Notes: generated by a model from the letters alone, not told the origin. DNA of 64,000 nt from Pseudomonadota bacterium (GCA_023444705.1 JAEXMB010000033.1:581-64580); one strand, 5' to 3'; positions 23,598 to 32,825 are shown, counted from the stretch's first letter. A program made the numbers and translations.

Positions 23598-23691
23598 CCA
23601 GCTGACCGTTGTGATAACTGGCCCTGACGACCATCCACAGCAGCAACGCGCAGGCGCAGCATAAAACGGCGAGCGCTATTGTAGCGCTCAT
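23476..23691 (-). CDS. i-spanin (Rz-like, N-terminal TM plus charged periplasmic domain)
   Basis: MSATIALAVLCCACALLLWMVV TM followed by a charged helix. Positioned after the holin and endolysin genes. Confidence 0.55.
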   Translation of the reverse strand: MSATIALAVLCCACALLLWMVVRASYHNGQLDERHDNDEEQRKTVIQAAHVRDRLLRDAVFARRVRARFTR

Positions 23692-23873
23692 GCCTTTTTA
23701 TCCGGCGTCAGTGCGGCGATCAGTCCGGCCACAGCACTGCCCGCCGCGATGATTGCTTCCTGTTGCACGTCACTGATGACAAGCCCCGCTGCCGTTACCA
23801 GCGAAATCAGACCAATCCAGGTCGAACGTTCGCGCAGGCGCAACAGGATAAACTCCAGCACATCGTGGATCAT
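23688..23873 (-). CDS. holin-like small membrane protein
   Basis: MIHDVLEFILLRLRERSTWIGLISLVTAAGLVISDVQQEAIIAAGSAVAGLIAALTP. Its ATG overlaps the endolysin-like gene's stop (TAATG). Confidence 0.5.
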   Translation of the reverse strand: MIHDVLEFILLRLRERSTWIGLISLVTAAGLVISDVQQEAIIAAGSAVAGLIAALTPDKKA

Positions 23874-24349
23874 TATACATTTTCCTTCTGTTTGATTTCG
23901 CTCATCACCATCGCGCACGCCGCTGTGTAGACGCTGTTGGCGTACCAGTCGGCGGGATAGTCTTTGGGTGCCGGTCCGTTTTCATGCCGCGTAATGGCGC
24001 GCGCCAGCGTGACCAGCACATCACTGCGACGCAGATCAAGCGGTGTCATACGCTCCACCCCCAAGCGCCGCGCAACCTGGTGGATATAGGCATCCGTTGC
24101 ATTTTCATGCGGCGGGGCATAGCGGTTGATCAAAGCCGTCACGCTGTCGAGGCCGTATTTGAAATGATACGTCAGCAACAGGCGCATCATGGCGCGCAAT
24201 CCCAACATGGGCGTTTCGAATTCGACAAAAGCCGGATCGAACTGAAAATTGCGCTGCCCCTTCCACCGCGTGGACGACAGGCGAATATTGCCGGGATTGT
24301 TGTTGCGGATACCGCGCGGCAAAACCGGCGGCATTTTTGGTGCCGTCAT
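23873..24349 (-). CDS. putative endolysin or cell-wall hydrolase (RNNNPGNIR-motif phage protein family)
   Basis: GIRNNNPGNIRLSSTRWKGQ motif and its position in the lysis cassette. The enzymatic class is not determined. Confidence 0.45.
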   Translation of the reverse strand: MTAPKMPPVLPRGIRNNNPGNIRLSSTRWKGQRNFQFDPAFVEFETPMLGLRAMMRLLLTYHFKYGLDSVTALINRYAPPHENATDAYIHQVARRLGVERMTPLDLRRSDVLVTLARAITRHENGPAPKDYPADWYANSVYTAACAMVMSEIKQKENV

Positions 24350-24373
24350 ACTCGTTTGTCCTTGTGATAAGCG

Positions 24374-24601
24374 TCAGGTGCGCTGGCGCAACAGGGTCTC
24401 GATGCGCAAGACGCCACCGTTCAAACCGGCGATTTGCTGTTCCAGCGCGGCCAGCCGTTCGCCGGTATGCTCGTGGCTTGAAATCCACTTTTCGATGTAG
24501 TCGACGCGCTTGGTCATCGATGCCGCCCACCAGGCCGTTGCGATGAGATGCACTGACAATGTCATCGAAATCGTGGCAAGACCGATCAGATCGCCCGTCA
24601 T
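24374..24601 (-). CDS. small membrane/coiled-coil protein (possible second holin or antiholin)
   Basis: TM LIGLATISMTLSVHLIATAWWAA followed by a heptad-like helix. Confidence 0.4.
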   Translation of the reverse strand: MTGDLIGLATISMTLSVHLIATAWWAASMTKRVDYIEKWISSHEHTGERLAALEQQIAGLNGGVLRIETLLRQRT

Positions 24602-24783
24602 GCCGGCACCAGTTCAAGCGCGGCCAGTTGCTGCCACAGGCCTGCGTTGTCCAGACGGCACACCATGACAGGTCCGTCATCTGCGGTTTCAACGATAACG
24701 CTATCGGGATCTTCAGTCGCGGCGACTGAAACGACTGTCAGCGTGCGCGCAAGGGCATTGGGATATGTGTAAATGATTTGCAT
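24598..24783 (-). CDS. hypothetical phage protein (possible fiber assembly factor)
   Basis: 61 aa, coupled on both sides by overlapping start and stop codons. Confidence 0.4.
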   Translation of the reverse strand: MQIIYTYPNALARTLTVVSVAATEDPDSVIVETADDGPVMVCRLDNAGLWQQLAALELVPA

Positions 24784-25772
24784 TATTGTGAATACTCCTC
24801 GACAACCATTTGCCAGCGTGCGATGCCGCCAAACATGCGCCCGGCACCATTGCTGTTGGGACGCGACCAGCCCGATCCGGCGCCGACGCGCAGTTTGTAG
24901 GTTATGGGTGAAAGACTGCCCGGAACATGCTCTGTCAGGATAGACAGGCCGTTCGTATAGTTCGTATCCGGCGCATAGACAGTAGATGCCGCGAATGCGC
25001 TGGACTCGCCATGTACGACAACAGAGCAGGAAAAATTGGTGGCCAGTCCGCAGGCGCCAAAACCCGCGGCCCTGATAACCATTTTACTGGTCGCAGTCAT
25101 TGGCGTGATGCTGACACTCATGATCTCCGTACCTTCGGTCGAAGTCGGGATCGTATCATCGAACGGCAAAGTCGTCGCCAGAAGCGCATAGCTGCTATAT
25201 GTCGCGGTTTGCGTCTGCAAAACGGCCGGCGTTTGTGCCTGCGATGGATTGAGAAGTTTGAAGTTCGCACCGTCGTAACACAGCAGATAGATGCCGTTTG
25301 CGCGCAAAGCGCCCGCAATGGCATTTCCACCGTCAGGCATCTTGACTGCCACTGCGGATAAACCGTCAATGGCCAGTGTGCAGGCACCGGTATTGGTGTG
25401 CGCTGCCTTCAGCAAAACCGTCAGGCCCGCCGTATAGCTACTGACCGTGGGCGACAACGCCGCCGCATAGGCGTTAAGCGACCCGCTGTCGTCATGCAAA
25501 TGCAGGCCGCGCGACGCCTGCACCCCCGCATAGGGAAGCACGGTATTCGATCCGGCATTGATCTGTGACAGACAAATCCAGTCAACGCCGTCATACATCT
25601 TGAGCAACCACGGGGTCGCCGCATCGTCAAGCCAAAGCGTGCCGGCCTGCGCGTATGTAGGGGCCGACGGCCCCTTGTGATGGGTCAGCAAGGCCTGCTT
25701 GCCGTCGTTGTCTTCCTGGCGATAGGTCAGGCCGCTTTTATTCGGGCCGATCAGGGGGGGTGCCTGCGACAT
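24783..25772 (-). CDS. tail fiber / receptor-binding protein
   Basis: 329 aa directly after the host-specificity protein. The N-terminal GTLWLDDAATPWLLKMYDGVDWI motif is typical of fiber N-termini. Ser/Thr/Gly/Ala-rich beta-type C-half. Confidence 0.55.
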   Translation of the reverse strand: MSQAPPLIGPNKSGLTYRQEDNDGKQALLTHHKGPSAPTYAQAGTLWLDDAATPWLLKMYDGVDWICLSQINAGSNTVLPYAGVQASRGLHLHDDSGSLNAYAAALSPTVSSYTAGLTVLLKAAHTNTGACTLAIDGLSAVAVKMPDGGNAIAGALRANGIYLLCYDGANFKLLNPSQAQTPAVLQTQTATYSSYALLATTLPFDDTIPTSTEGTEIMSVSITPMTATSKMVIRAAGFGACGLATNFSCSVVVHGESSAFAASTVYAPDTNYTNGLSILTEHVPGSLSPITYKLRVGAGSGWSRPNSNGAGRMFGGIARWQMVVEEYSQ

Positions 25773-25796
25773 TGTATTCTCCTCTTTTTTTGAAAA

Positions 25797-28700
25797 TTAG
25801 GCGTGTAGACGCCCATAACCTTTGGCGACGTAGTCGAACCGACGGCTGACGCCCTCACCCGCCGCGTTGAAAAACCGCAGGTAAAAGCCCGACGGGCCAA
25901 TATCTTCAACGCGGTAGTAATCGCCGCTACTCAGGTCATGCGGCGTAATCTGGATCGCCGGGACATCACGAAACGCATGCGCGAATGAAACCACCGCGCC
26001 GCCAGCGTCAAAGCCGCCGATACTGGCGCTTTCATAGCGGTCAGGCATGTCGATGCACACCCGCAGGGTTTCGACCACAGGCGTTATTGTTGCGTCACTG
26101 CTGCCCAGCAACAGGCGGAAACGAAAGGCGCGCGCCGTGTAATCACCGACTGTCAGATCCGACCATGCCGACCATCCGCCTTCCGCCTCCGGTGTATCGA
26201 CAGTCGTGGAGATTTGCAGACGAACCGACCATGCGACAGGATCAACCGTTGAATCCCATGACTCACCCGCATCGACATCGCCCCACTGGTCGACCGATGT
26301 ACTCATATCAAGACCCTGCGCACCAATGACGGCACTCACCCGCGAAGTGTAAACCTCACCCAGATCATGGATCGCCATGAACGCATACGCGCCTTCGGCG
26401 CGCAGGCCTGCGATGCCGGTATCAAGCGAGACAACCGCATCGATATTTTCCAGGTCGTCCATCTCGTCCGCGCCATCCAGACGCAATGCGCCTTCGATAC
26501 GCGCCAGACCTGTCTTGGTACCGACAAAATGATGAGCTGCCTCATCTATAGCGATAACAGCGTTATACCCCTGAAGCACGCCCATCGGCGATTTAGCCAC
26601 GGCGGCCCGCACGCTGGCGCGTCCGCCGACATCGACGGCTTTGATCAGATAACTTCCCGGCAGAGCGGGCAGCGCGATTGTCGTCGCATCAAGCGGGACG
26701 ATCTGCGCGATATCAAGCGCATTTGACCACTCGGCACCTTCTGTTTGCGCGCTATGCCTGATGCAGTAATGCGAAAGGTCAATATCACTGACCGCTGGCC
26801 AGCGCAGGTAAGCGACATCGCCCACCACACTGATATCAAGCGCTTCGACATCCGATGGCAGGGCAGAGGTCCCTGCTACCTGATAGCCGCCGATCAGACG
26901 CGGCAGGGAGCGCGTGTTATTGGCCGCGAGATAGCGGAGCTGGATGTCATAGCGTTGCCCCTCTTCCACACCCACGATCGAGATTTGCGTTGGCCCTTCG
27001 CTTAAAATATCGGCAGGAACAAACTTGCTCTCGCCCTCACCACGGATCAGCACCTGCGTTGTCAACGGATGGCTGTAAGCAGGCGGAATCAACGTGACAA
27101 CGATACGCGTGGTCAGTGAACCATCCGCATTGCGGATCAGCGATTCTTCACCCGACTGCACCTCCGCAACATCGGGCGCGGGCGGCAGGCGCGCCGCATC
27201 ATCAAGTGTAATATTGCTCTTGAAGGGCGGGATCACCCCCTGATCGGCCTGATAAATCTCCGGTGCCGCGTCAACGCATGTCAGACGCGCGCTCAGGTCA
27301 CCCTGTGGCTCGATCGACTTAACGACCAGCGCAACGCTTTCCTGACCACTTTCGCCAAACATGACAAGGTCACCCGCTTGCGGTGCCTGCTCCGCTTCAA
27401 GTGGCTGCGCCAGCTGTAGCGTTTTGGACTTGCCCGCAAGTGTTTGCAACCCCACCAGCAGACTGCCGCCTGTTTTGGTGCGGCAACGCAGGCTATAGGA
27501 CTTTCCGGCCTCTTGGCTTGTTTCAGTGTCAAGAGCGATAGCGGTAACTTTGCCGTCCTCGTCCGTCTCCAAGCCTGTGATGCGCGCCGATGACAAGCCG
27601 AACATCGGCACGTCATGCGTCAGACGGATTAGATCCCCGCGCGTGCAAACCAGATGTTCGATATCTGCATTGAATTGATAGGTTTCGGGGCGCAGCAACG
27701 CCGTGGCCAGATGGTAGCGCCCGTGCTTCCATGCCTGTTGCGCACTGGTCACACCAGCCAGTTCCAGCGTTTCGTAATGACTGGCCGTGCTTTCGCTAAA
27801 GCCATCGGCGAAAACCAGACGTTCATCTGCTGTCCACCCCTTGTCGCGGTTGACAAAGCGCACGCGCAGGGCCTGCGGCTGCTCGTCAAAGGCCTTGTGC
27901 GCCTCAAAAGCGAAGCTGTTGCGTGGCGTAAAATGCTGCACAGGGACAGATTGCGCGATATCCTCGACCACCGACCACTTGCCGTCGACAATCGCGGGAC
28001 TGGCACGGCCAAGCGCTGCCACATCTTGCAATACCTCGCGCACCGATGTGTCATAGTTGATGATTGCATCATAGGCATAGCCTGCCTCGCGGCAGCGTCC
28101 GTGCCAATCCTCGATTTTCTGTACGTCCAGGCGCAGGTCGGCCAGCGGGCGGTTGTTGCCCGCCCCCTGCAACACATGGCGATAGATGGCGGCAGGGTTG
28201 GACGTCGGCTGCACGATCCATTCACTGCCGGTAAAATCAGGGATCAAGGCCTGCACCACACCGTTAAAGCGGTCGACAATGCCGTTGAGCTGGTCGGTCG
28301 CCTTGATGCGCAGTGCCGTCATCGCCAGTCCCTGCATGCGCACCGGCGCGCTTGAGCGCACGCTGCGCAATGCCGTCCACATGCACTCGTCGAAAATATC
28401 GTCATTGGCCGCATCCGCCGTCAGACGGCGCAGACGCACATCGTATTGGCCTTTTGGCACCTTGAAGCTGACGGCACGGCGTAAAGTCGTGGCCTGTTTG
28501 GCCGTGATCGACAGCGGGTTATATTTCAGCTTGCCCACCGCAATGGCAAGCTGATCAGCAGCCACGCCTGCACTGACAAGAAAGTCGCCTGATGTTTCAA
28601 ACGTAACGCCCGCCGCCGACGGCAGGCGCTCATCCATCAGCGCGCCGGCAGCAATGACACCCGCAGCGTCAGAGCGGCGCATAACTTTCGCAAGACTGAT

Positions 28701-29882
28701 ATACCCCGCAGGCACCGCAGGGGGCAGCGCCTCCCCGCTATCAAGCCCCTGACGATGCACATCGCCCGCCAGCACTTTCAGACTGGCCGCAGCGGGGTCG
28801 AGGACGACCCGGTCGATGCGCGTTGTCAAATAACCAATACCGCCACTCACATAAGCCGCAGGCGCTGGCGCCAGCGTGACTGTAGCCGCATCGACCGCAC
28901 GGAATTCCTGCGCGCCCGTACTCCAGTTTTCCGTCCCCGCTGGGGCGTACTGCACTTCGACTTCGACCGTGGCGGGTACCTTGGTACTGCCCTTGAATTT
29001 GAACAGACCACGCGCAAACGTGATGTCAACGGAAAGCTCCTCCGCATCCGCCTCGCTTGTGCGGGTGACATAGCCCGCGCTGTTGCGCAGCACGACCTGA
29101 AGGTCATTTTGCAACACAGCGTTGCTATATAACGTCAGCGGCAGGTCATCCACATACCCCTGCCGCGTTTCGATTTCAACGCCTTCAAATTCGGATAGCG
29201 GCGTTTCACCGATACGCAGGTCGGTAATTTCAAGCGGCCCATAGCCCCAAACAAACAGCATGCGCAGGTATTGGTCGCTGCCCAGCGTTTCGGTATAGGG
29301 CAAGGCACCCAGCGGCGGCACAAAGCGGTGGCGCCCCAAGACCTTGGGGACACGGGCAAATGCCTCCACGCGGTTTTGCGCGCCATAGATGCTGTAAACC
29401 GGCGCGTCTTTCTGGCCCATGTTATAGCGTGGCCGGGGCGGCGGCGCGAGCGCGTTCACCGCAAGACGGCCCAGCAGGTTGACGCCGCCCAGAATCAGCC
29501 GTGCCGTGCTGATACCAAGGATCGAGCCTGTGGCACCCAAGGCCCCGGCCAGCGAAGTCGCCAGCATCGGACTGGCCGCCAGCACCGCAATCGACAACAG
29601 CGTGCGCAACGGGTTCTTACCCCCGCCGCCACCCTGCGGCACCATACGCACGGTCAGGGTCGTACCCGCCTTGGGGTACACGCGCGCCCAGTCGGATTGC
29701 GCGACTACATGGCCGTCGAGCAACACATGCGCGCACCCGCGCAATACGGGGTCGGGCTGGATGTGCGCCAGCATCGCCGCGAGCGAGGCACCGGCCGTAG
29801 CCGTATGCGTCACACGCTCAAGCGAAAACGGGTGCGGCGCGACGTTGAGCGTAATGTCACTCTGCGGCGTGGTCATCGGCAT
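25797..29882 (-). CDS. host-specificity / central tail-tip protein (lambda gpJ / GTA g15 class) with a gpI-like N-terminal segment
   Basis: About 1360 aa, positioned after the NlpC/P60 gene. The N-terminus (LDGHVVAQSDWARVYPKAGTTLTVRMVPQGGGGGKNPLRTLLSIAVLAASP) looks like tail assembly protein I fused to the J-like body. Start is 29882 or 29876. Confidence 0.7.
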   Translation of the reverse strand: MPMTTPQSDITLNVAPHPFSLERVTHTATAGASLAAMLAHIQPDPVLRGCAHVLLDGHVVAQSDWARVYPKAGTTLTVRMVPQGGGGGKNPLRTLLSIAVLAASPMLATSLAGALGATGSILGISTARLILGGVNLLGRLAVNALAPPPRPRYNMGQKDAPVYSIYGAQNRVEAFARVPKVLGRHRFVPPLGALPYTETLGSDQYLRMLFVWGYGPLEITDLRIGETPLSEFEGVEIETRQGYVDDLPLTLYSNAVLQNDLQVVLRNSAGYVTRTSEADAEELSVDITFARGLFKFKGSTKVPATVEVEVQYAPAGTENWSTGAQEFRAVDAATVTLAPAPAAYVSGGIGYLTTRIDRVVLDPAAASLKVLAGDVHRQGLDSGEALPPAVPAGYISLAKVMRRSDAAGVIAAGALMDERLPSAAGVTFETSGDFLVSAGVAADQLAIAVGKLKYNPLSITAKQATTLRRAVSFKVPKGQYDVRLRRLTADAANDDIFDECMWTALRSVRSSAPVRMQGLAMTALRIKATDQLNGIVDRFNGVVQALIPDFTGSEWIVQPTSNPAAIYRHVLQGAGNNRPLADLRLDVQKIEDWHGRCREAGYAYDAIINYDTSVREVLQDVAALGRASPAIVDGKWSVVEDIAQSVPVQHFTPRNSFAFEAHKAFDEQPQALRVRFVNRDKGWTADERLVFADGFSESTASHYETLELAGVTSAQQAWKHGRYHLATALLRPETYQFNADIEHLVCTRGDLIRLTHDVPMFGLSSARITGLETDEDGKVTAIALDTETSQEAGKSYSLRCRTKTGGSLLVGLQTLAGKSKTLQLAQPLEAEQAPQAGDLVMFGESGQESVALVVKSIEPQGDLSARLTCVDAAPEIYQADQGVIPPFKSNITLDDAARLPPAPDVAEVQSGEESLIRNADGSLTTRIVVTLIPPAYSHPLTTQVLIRGEGESKFVPADILSEGPTQISIVGVEEGQRYDIQLRYLAANNTRSLPRLIGGYQVAGTSALPSDVEALDISVVGDVAYLRWPAVSDIDLSHYCIRHSAQTEGAEWSNALDIAQIVPLDATTIALPALPGSYLIKAVDVGGRASVRAAVAKSPMGVLQGYNAVIAIDEAAHHFVGTKTGLARIEGALRLDGADEMDDLENIDAVVSLDTGIAGLRAEGAYAFMAIHDLGEVYTSRVSAVIGAQGLDMSTSVDQWGDVDAGESWDSTVDPVAWSVRLQISTTVDTPEAEGGWSAWSDLTVGDYTARAFRFRLLLGSSDATITPVVETLRVCIDMPDRYESASIGGFDAGGAVVSFAHAFRDVPAIQITPHDLSSGDYYRVEDIGPSGFYLRFFNAAGEGVSRRFDYVAKGYGRLHA

Positions 29883-30306
29883 ATTCCAGATCGTCAAGGT
29901 AAGTACGATAGCGATAGATGGCATCGATGCGTGACGCCCATCGCGCGCCTGTATAGCGTTCAAGCGCGCTGTTCACCCCGCGCTCCACGTGCAGCATCTG
30001 GCCATCGCCCGCAACTAGCCCCACATGCATGGGCTGCCCGCGCATGCGCATGACCAGCACATCGCCAAGACTTTCGTCACCGCGCGCTACACTGCGCCAG
30101 TCAAGCGCCTCGCGGCTGATCAACTTGCTGATAGAGGCCGCATCAGTGGTGCGGGTATAGTCGGCGACGTAGGACGGCACATGAAAGCCAAACTGCTCGG
30201 CCAGCACCAGGCGCACCAGTCCCCAGCAGTCCAGCCCTGTGCGCTCACGCCCATGTTCCTTGAACGGCAGGCCTATATAGTGGCCAAGCCAGATCGGTAT
30301 CGCCAT
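29857..30306 (-). CDS. NlpC/P60-family tail peptidase (lambda gpK / GTA g14 class)
   Basis: Catalytic Cys context GLDCWGLVRLVLAEQFG and His context GQPMHVGLV. I chose the start at ATG 30306 (MAIPIWLGHYIGLPF). Confidence 0.8.
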   Translation of the reverse strand: MAIPIWLGHYIGLPFKEHGRERTGLDCWGLVRLVLAEQFGFHVPSYVADYTRTTDAASISKLISREALDWRSVARGDESLGDVLVMRMRGQPMHVGLVAGDGQMLHVERGVNSALERYTGARWASRIDAIYRYRTYLDDLEYADDHAAE

Positions 30307-30340
30307 GACGGATGCTCGCTGTGTGCAAAAGTGAAACGCG

Positions 30341-30375
30341 CAACAAAAAACCCGCCAGATCATGGCGGGTTTTTC
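30341..30375 (-). terminator. rho-independent terminator after the small cargo ORF
   Basis: AAACCCGCCA (30348-30357), loop GATCA, TGGCGGGTTT (30363-30372), flanked by an A-run and a T-run. Confidence 0.75.
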
Positions 30376-30396
30376 GGGGAAGAAACTTGAAGCGTA

Positions 30397-30645
30397 TTAA
30401 CGTCCGCCGGGACGGGGACCTGCGACAGATTTATTCGCAGCCGCTTGTGCGACCGGCTCTTCGCCACGCTGGACAAAGAAGGCGCTGAGCGTATCCATCG
30501 AGCGGCTGTTGTCTGCATAGGCGCTGATCAATCTTTCGCGCGCACCTTGCTCGCCAACCGCGTGGTCAAGAGAAGCAAACAGCAGGTTGCCCACCTTTGC
30601 GGTGTCGGGAGCTTGCTGATTGATGAACTGCGATGTCAGTACCAT
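30397..30645 (-). CDS. small hypothetical cargo protein (moron) inside the tail module
   Basis: AAGAGG RBS 7 nt upstream. It has its own AT-rich upstream region (30700-30840) and its own terminator. Tail AGPRPGGR. Confidence 0.6.
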   Translation of the reverse strand: MVLTSQFINQQAPDTAKVGNLLFASLDHAVGEQGARERLISAYADNSRSMDTLSAFFVQRGEEPVAQAAANKSVAGPRPGGR

Positions 30646-30840
30646 TCTCGACCTCTTGTGTAGTCCCTTCGCATAACCAACGCATCGGCTGGTGTTTAAG
30701 TGCCAGCGGGCGGCGTAGTCTGCGTCAGGAAGGCTATCAATTTAACCGATTTTTAATAGCCTAGCTGATTTATTTTCACTTTACCATAAGAAAATGAACA
30801 GATGGTTTACATAGTAATTTATGTGTGGAAAATCATGCTC

Positions 30841-31314
30841 TTAAAATATACCCGGAAACAGGCTGGGGCAAAAACTCCCTGCCGGATAGGGCTCCGCCGT
30901 GAAGTCTTCTATGGTTAAATCCGCCTCGATCACATGCGAATCATAGCGCACGTTGCGCAGGCGAAAGTCGTGAAAAACAGCCTCCACCACATCTGGCTCG
31001 CTTGCGCGCACTACCTCCAGCGTCAATACGGGCGAGGTCGTCAGCTCGCGCAAAACGGCAACAATCTGCCGGTCCACGTTGTCAATGATCAGACGTGCGC
31101 GCGGGGCGCGGCTTTCGTCGTCATCCGGCAGGGTCAGTTCAAAGGGATAGGCCACATATATGTGGCCACGGCTGACCGTATCGACAGCGTCGCTGCTCAC
31201 GCGGATAGGTTCGGCAAGGCTTGCGTGCGTAAAAGTGAGCAAGATGACAAAGGCCTCGCCACTGTCGGCGGCAAAGATCGCCTGACGCGCGCTGGCGGAA
31301 AGATTACGGCTCAT
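30841..31314 (-). CDS. minor tail protein, DUF1833/gpL-like
   Basis: EAFVILLTFTHASLAEPIRVSSDAVD...YVAYPFELTLPDDDESRAPRARLIIDNVDRQIV fits the DUF1833 pattern as I recall it. Confidence 0.6.
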   Translation of the reverse strand: MSRNLSASARQAIFAADSGEAFVILLTFTHASLAEPIRVSSDAVDTVSRGHIYVAYPFELTLPDDDESRAPRARLIIDNVDRQIVAVLRELTTSPVLTLEVVRASEPDVVEAVFHDFRLRNVRYDSHVIEADLTIEDFTAEPYPAGSFCPSLFPGIF

Positions 31315-31667
31315 GGCAAAATCTCAAGCTCAAGGCGCACAGTATAATACTGGCCGTTGCATGCGACCAGCTGAGGCGGCTTGCGAAAGCGCGCGCTGAC
31401 TTCGACATCGCGGCGTGGGTGAATATAAGCAAACCGCGCACTGCCGCCTGCCAGCGTCGTCATGTAAAACGCCTCCAGCACCCCGGTCTGTGCGCCGGAA
31501 AGCAAATAGCTCACCGTCAGCTCGCTCACGCCCGCACTGCTCCGCTGGCGTGTTTTGGCCGGACCCTGATCCATTTTGGAGCGAATAACCGTATCGGCAA
31601 AGTTTTCCTGATAACGGTCAACCAAAGGCTTGGCCGGCAGATCAGCCGGCCATGATGGCATCGTCAT
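31311..31667 (-). CDS. minor tail protein (gpM-like position)
   Basis: 118 aa, ATGA-coupled to the DUF1833-like gene. Confidence 0.5.
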   Translation of the reverse strand: MTMPSWPADLPAKPLVDRYQENFADTVIRSKMDQGPAKTRQRSSAGVSELTVSYLLSGAQTGVLEAFYMTTLAGGSARFAYIHPRRDVEVSARFRKPPQLVACNGQYYTVRLELEILP

Positions 31668-31687
31668 GTTCTCTGTCCCTTCCCTGC

Positions 31688-32002
31688 CTAACGGCCGATC
31701 AGCCCGGGCGCCAGCCCGAACAGGCTGCGCAACACGCCGGTTGTCTGGCGGCCCTGTGCCAGCGATTGCGCCACCATCTGGTCAATGGTGATCTCAAGCT
31801 GCTTTTGGTTCATGACCCCGGTGGTTTCCCGCGCTGTCACCTGTGCCGAACTGTTGTTGTTCACAATAACCTGCACACCGCCACCTTGCCCCTGCCCCAG
31901 CAGGTCTTCGAACACTCCCCGCAGACCTTGCGTCAACTCCTGGCGCAAAATACGGTTGAGTTCCGTCGTCACGATATCTTCTATGGGCCTGCCTGTACTC
32001 AT
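31688..32002 (-). CDS. short tape-measure-like / tail assembly protein
   Basis: 104 aa. It is the only ORF in the slot where a tape-measure gene is expected, between the chaperone-like gene and the tail-tip genes. Confidence 0.4.
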   Translation of the reverse strand: MSTGRPIEDIVTTELNRILRQELTQGLRGVFEDLLGQGQGGGVQVIVNNNSSAQVTARETTGVMNQKQLEITIDQMVAQSLAQGRQTTGVLRSLFGLAPGLIGR

Positions 32003-32007
32003 AACTG

Positions 32008-32424
32008 TTATCCTTTGTCATCGGGGAACAAAGCCTGCATCTCTGCCAGAAAAGCAGACGACGGGGCGGCGTGCGCACCCGCTTTCGGTGCCAGACGGCG
32101 GTGATGCAATGCCAGTTCATGCAGTGTGAGTTCATACAGCGCCGCATGACGCGACAGCCCGCAGGCGACGATAGCAAAATCGCAAAGGGCCTGACGGTCG
32201 ATTTTCCTGCACCCCGCTGCATCCGTATAAAATCCACCCATGTCAAGCAACGGCGCGATAATATCGCACAGCAACCTGCCAAGGGGCGCCGCCTGCGCGT
32301 CGGCCTGCCCGCTGTCGGCGACCGCGCGCGCAGCAGCGAACAAATCGCCGCAGTCTTCAAGCGCACAGGCCAGTGCAAGCGTGACCGGCAAATATGTTTT
32401 TGGCGTAGTCAGGCGCTCGTCCAT
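32008..32424 (-). CDS. tail assembly chaperone-like protein (GTA g10/g10.1 class)
   Basis: Lies immediately after the major tail gene. The C-terminal LSRHAALYELTLHELALHHRRL resembles the GTA 'lTp.El' motif. Confidence 0.45.
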   Translation of the reverse strand: MDERLTTPKTYLPVTLALACALEDCGDLFAAARAVADSGQADAQAAPLGRLLCDIIAPLLDMGGFYTDAAGCRKIDRQALCDFAIVACGLSRHAALYELTLHELALHHRRLAPKAGAHAAPSSAFLAEMQALFPDDKG

Positions 32425-32822
32425 GTACCCGCCCCGCTGCGCGTCAGGGACGCGCTGAACATTTCAAGCCCGTCATAACTGCCTTCGCGGCGATAGGTTT
32501 CCACCACGAAGTTTGCTTCGTAAGTATCCCCGTTGGGAAACACCATACGGTAGCACCTGATCGCACCACTCTCCGCCGCGTGCCTCAGCAAAGCTTCGGC
32601 GGCACTATCCTTGAAAATCCCCTGTAGCGCGATACGTGCGCTGCGGTTGCCCGCCGCTGCGCAATAGGCCGCCTCGCCCGTGCTGCCAAGTGCCGTTGTG
32701 CCTGCAAGGTCGTTTGCGAAATCAAACGCCGTCGCACGCGCGGCACCCAGTGTCAGAAACGTCATCGGCTCGCCATCATCCGCGATTTTCAGCAATAGCC
32801 CACGGCCTGCATAGCTCGTCAT
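32409..32822 (-). CDS. major tail protein (small GTA g9 / TP901-1-like class)
   Basis: 137 aa. Sequence GRGLLLKIADDGEPMTFLTLGAARATAFDFAND...YEANFVVETYRREGSYDGLEMFSASLTRSG. Sits between the tail terminator and chaperone genes. Confidence 0.6.
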   Translation of the reverse strand: MTSYAGRGLLLKIADDGEPMTFLTLGAARATAFDFANDLAGTTALGSTGEAAYCAAAGNRSARIALQGIFKDSAAEALLRHAAESGAIRCYRMVFPNGDTYEANFVVETYRREGSYDGLEMFSASLTRSGAGTWTSA

Positions 32823-32825
32823 ATC

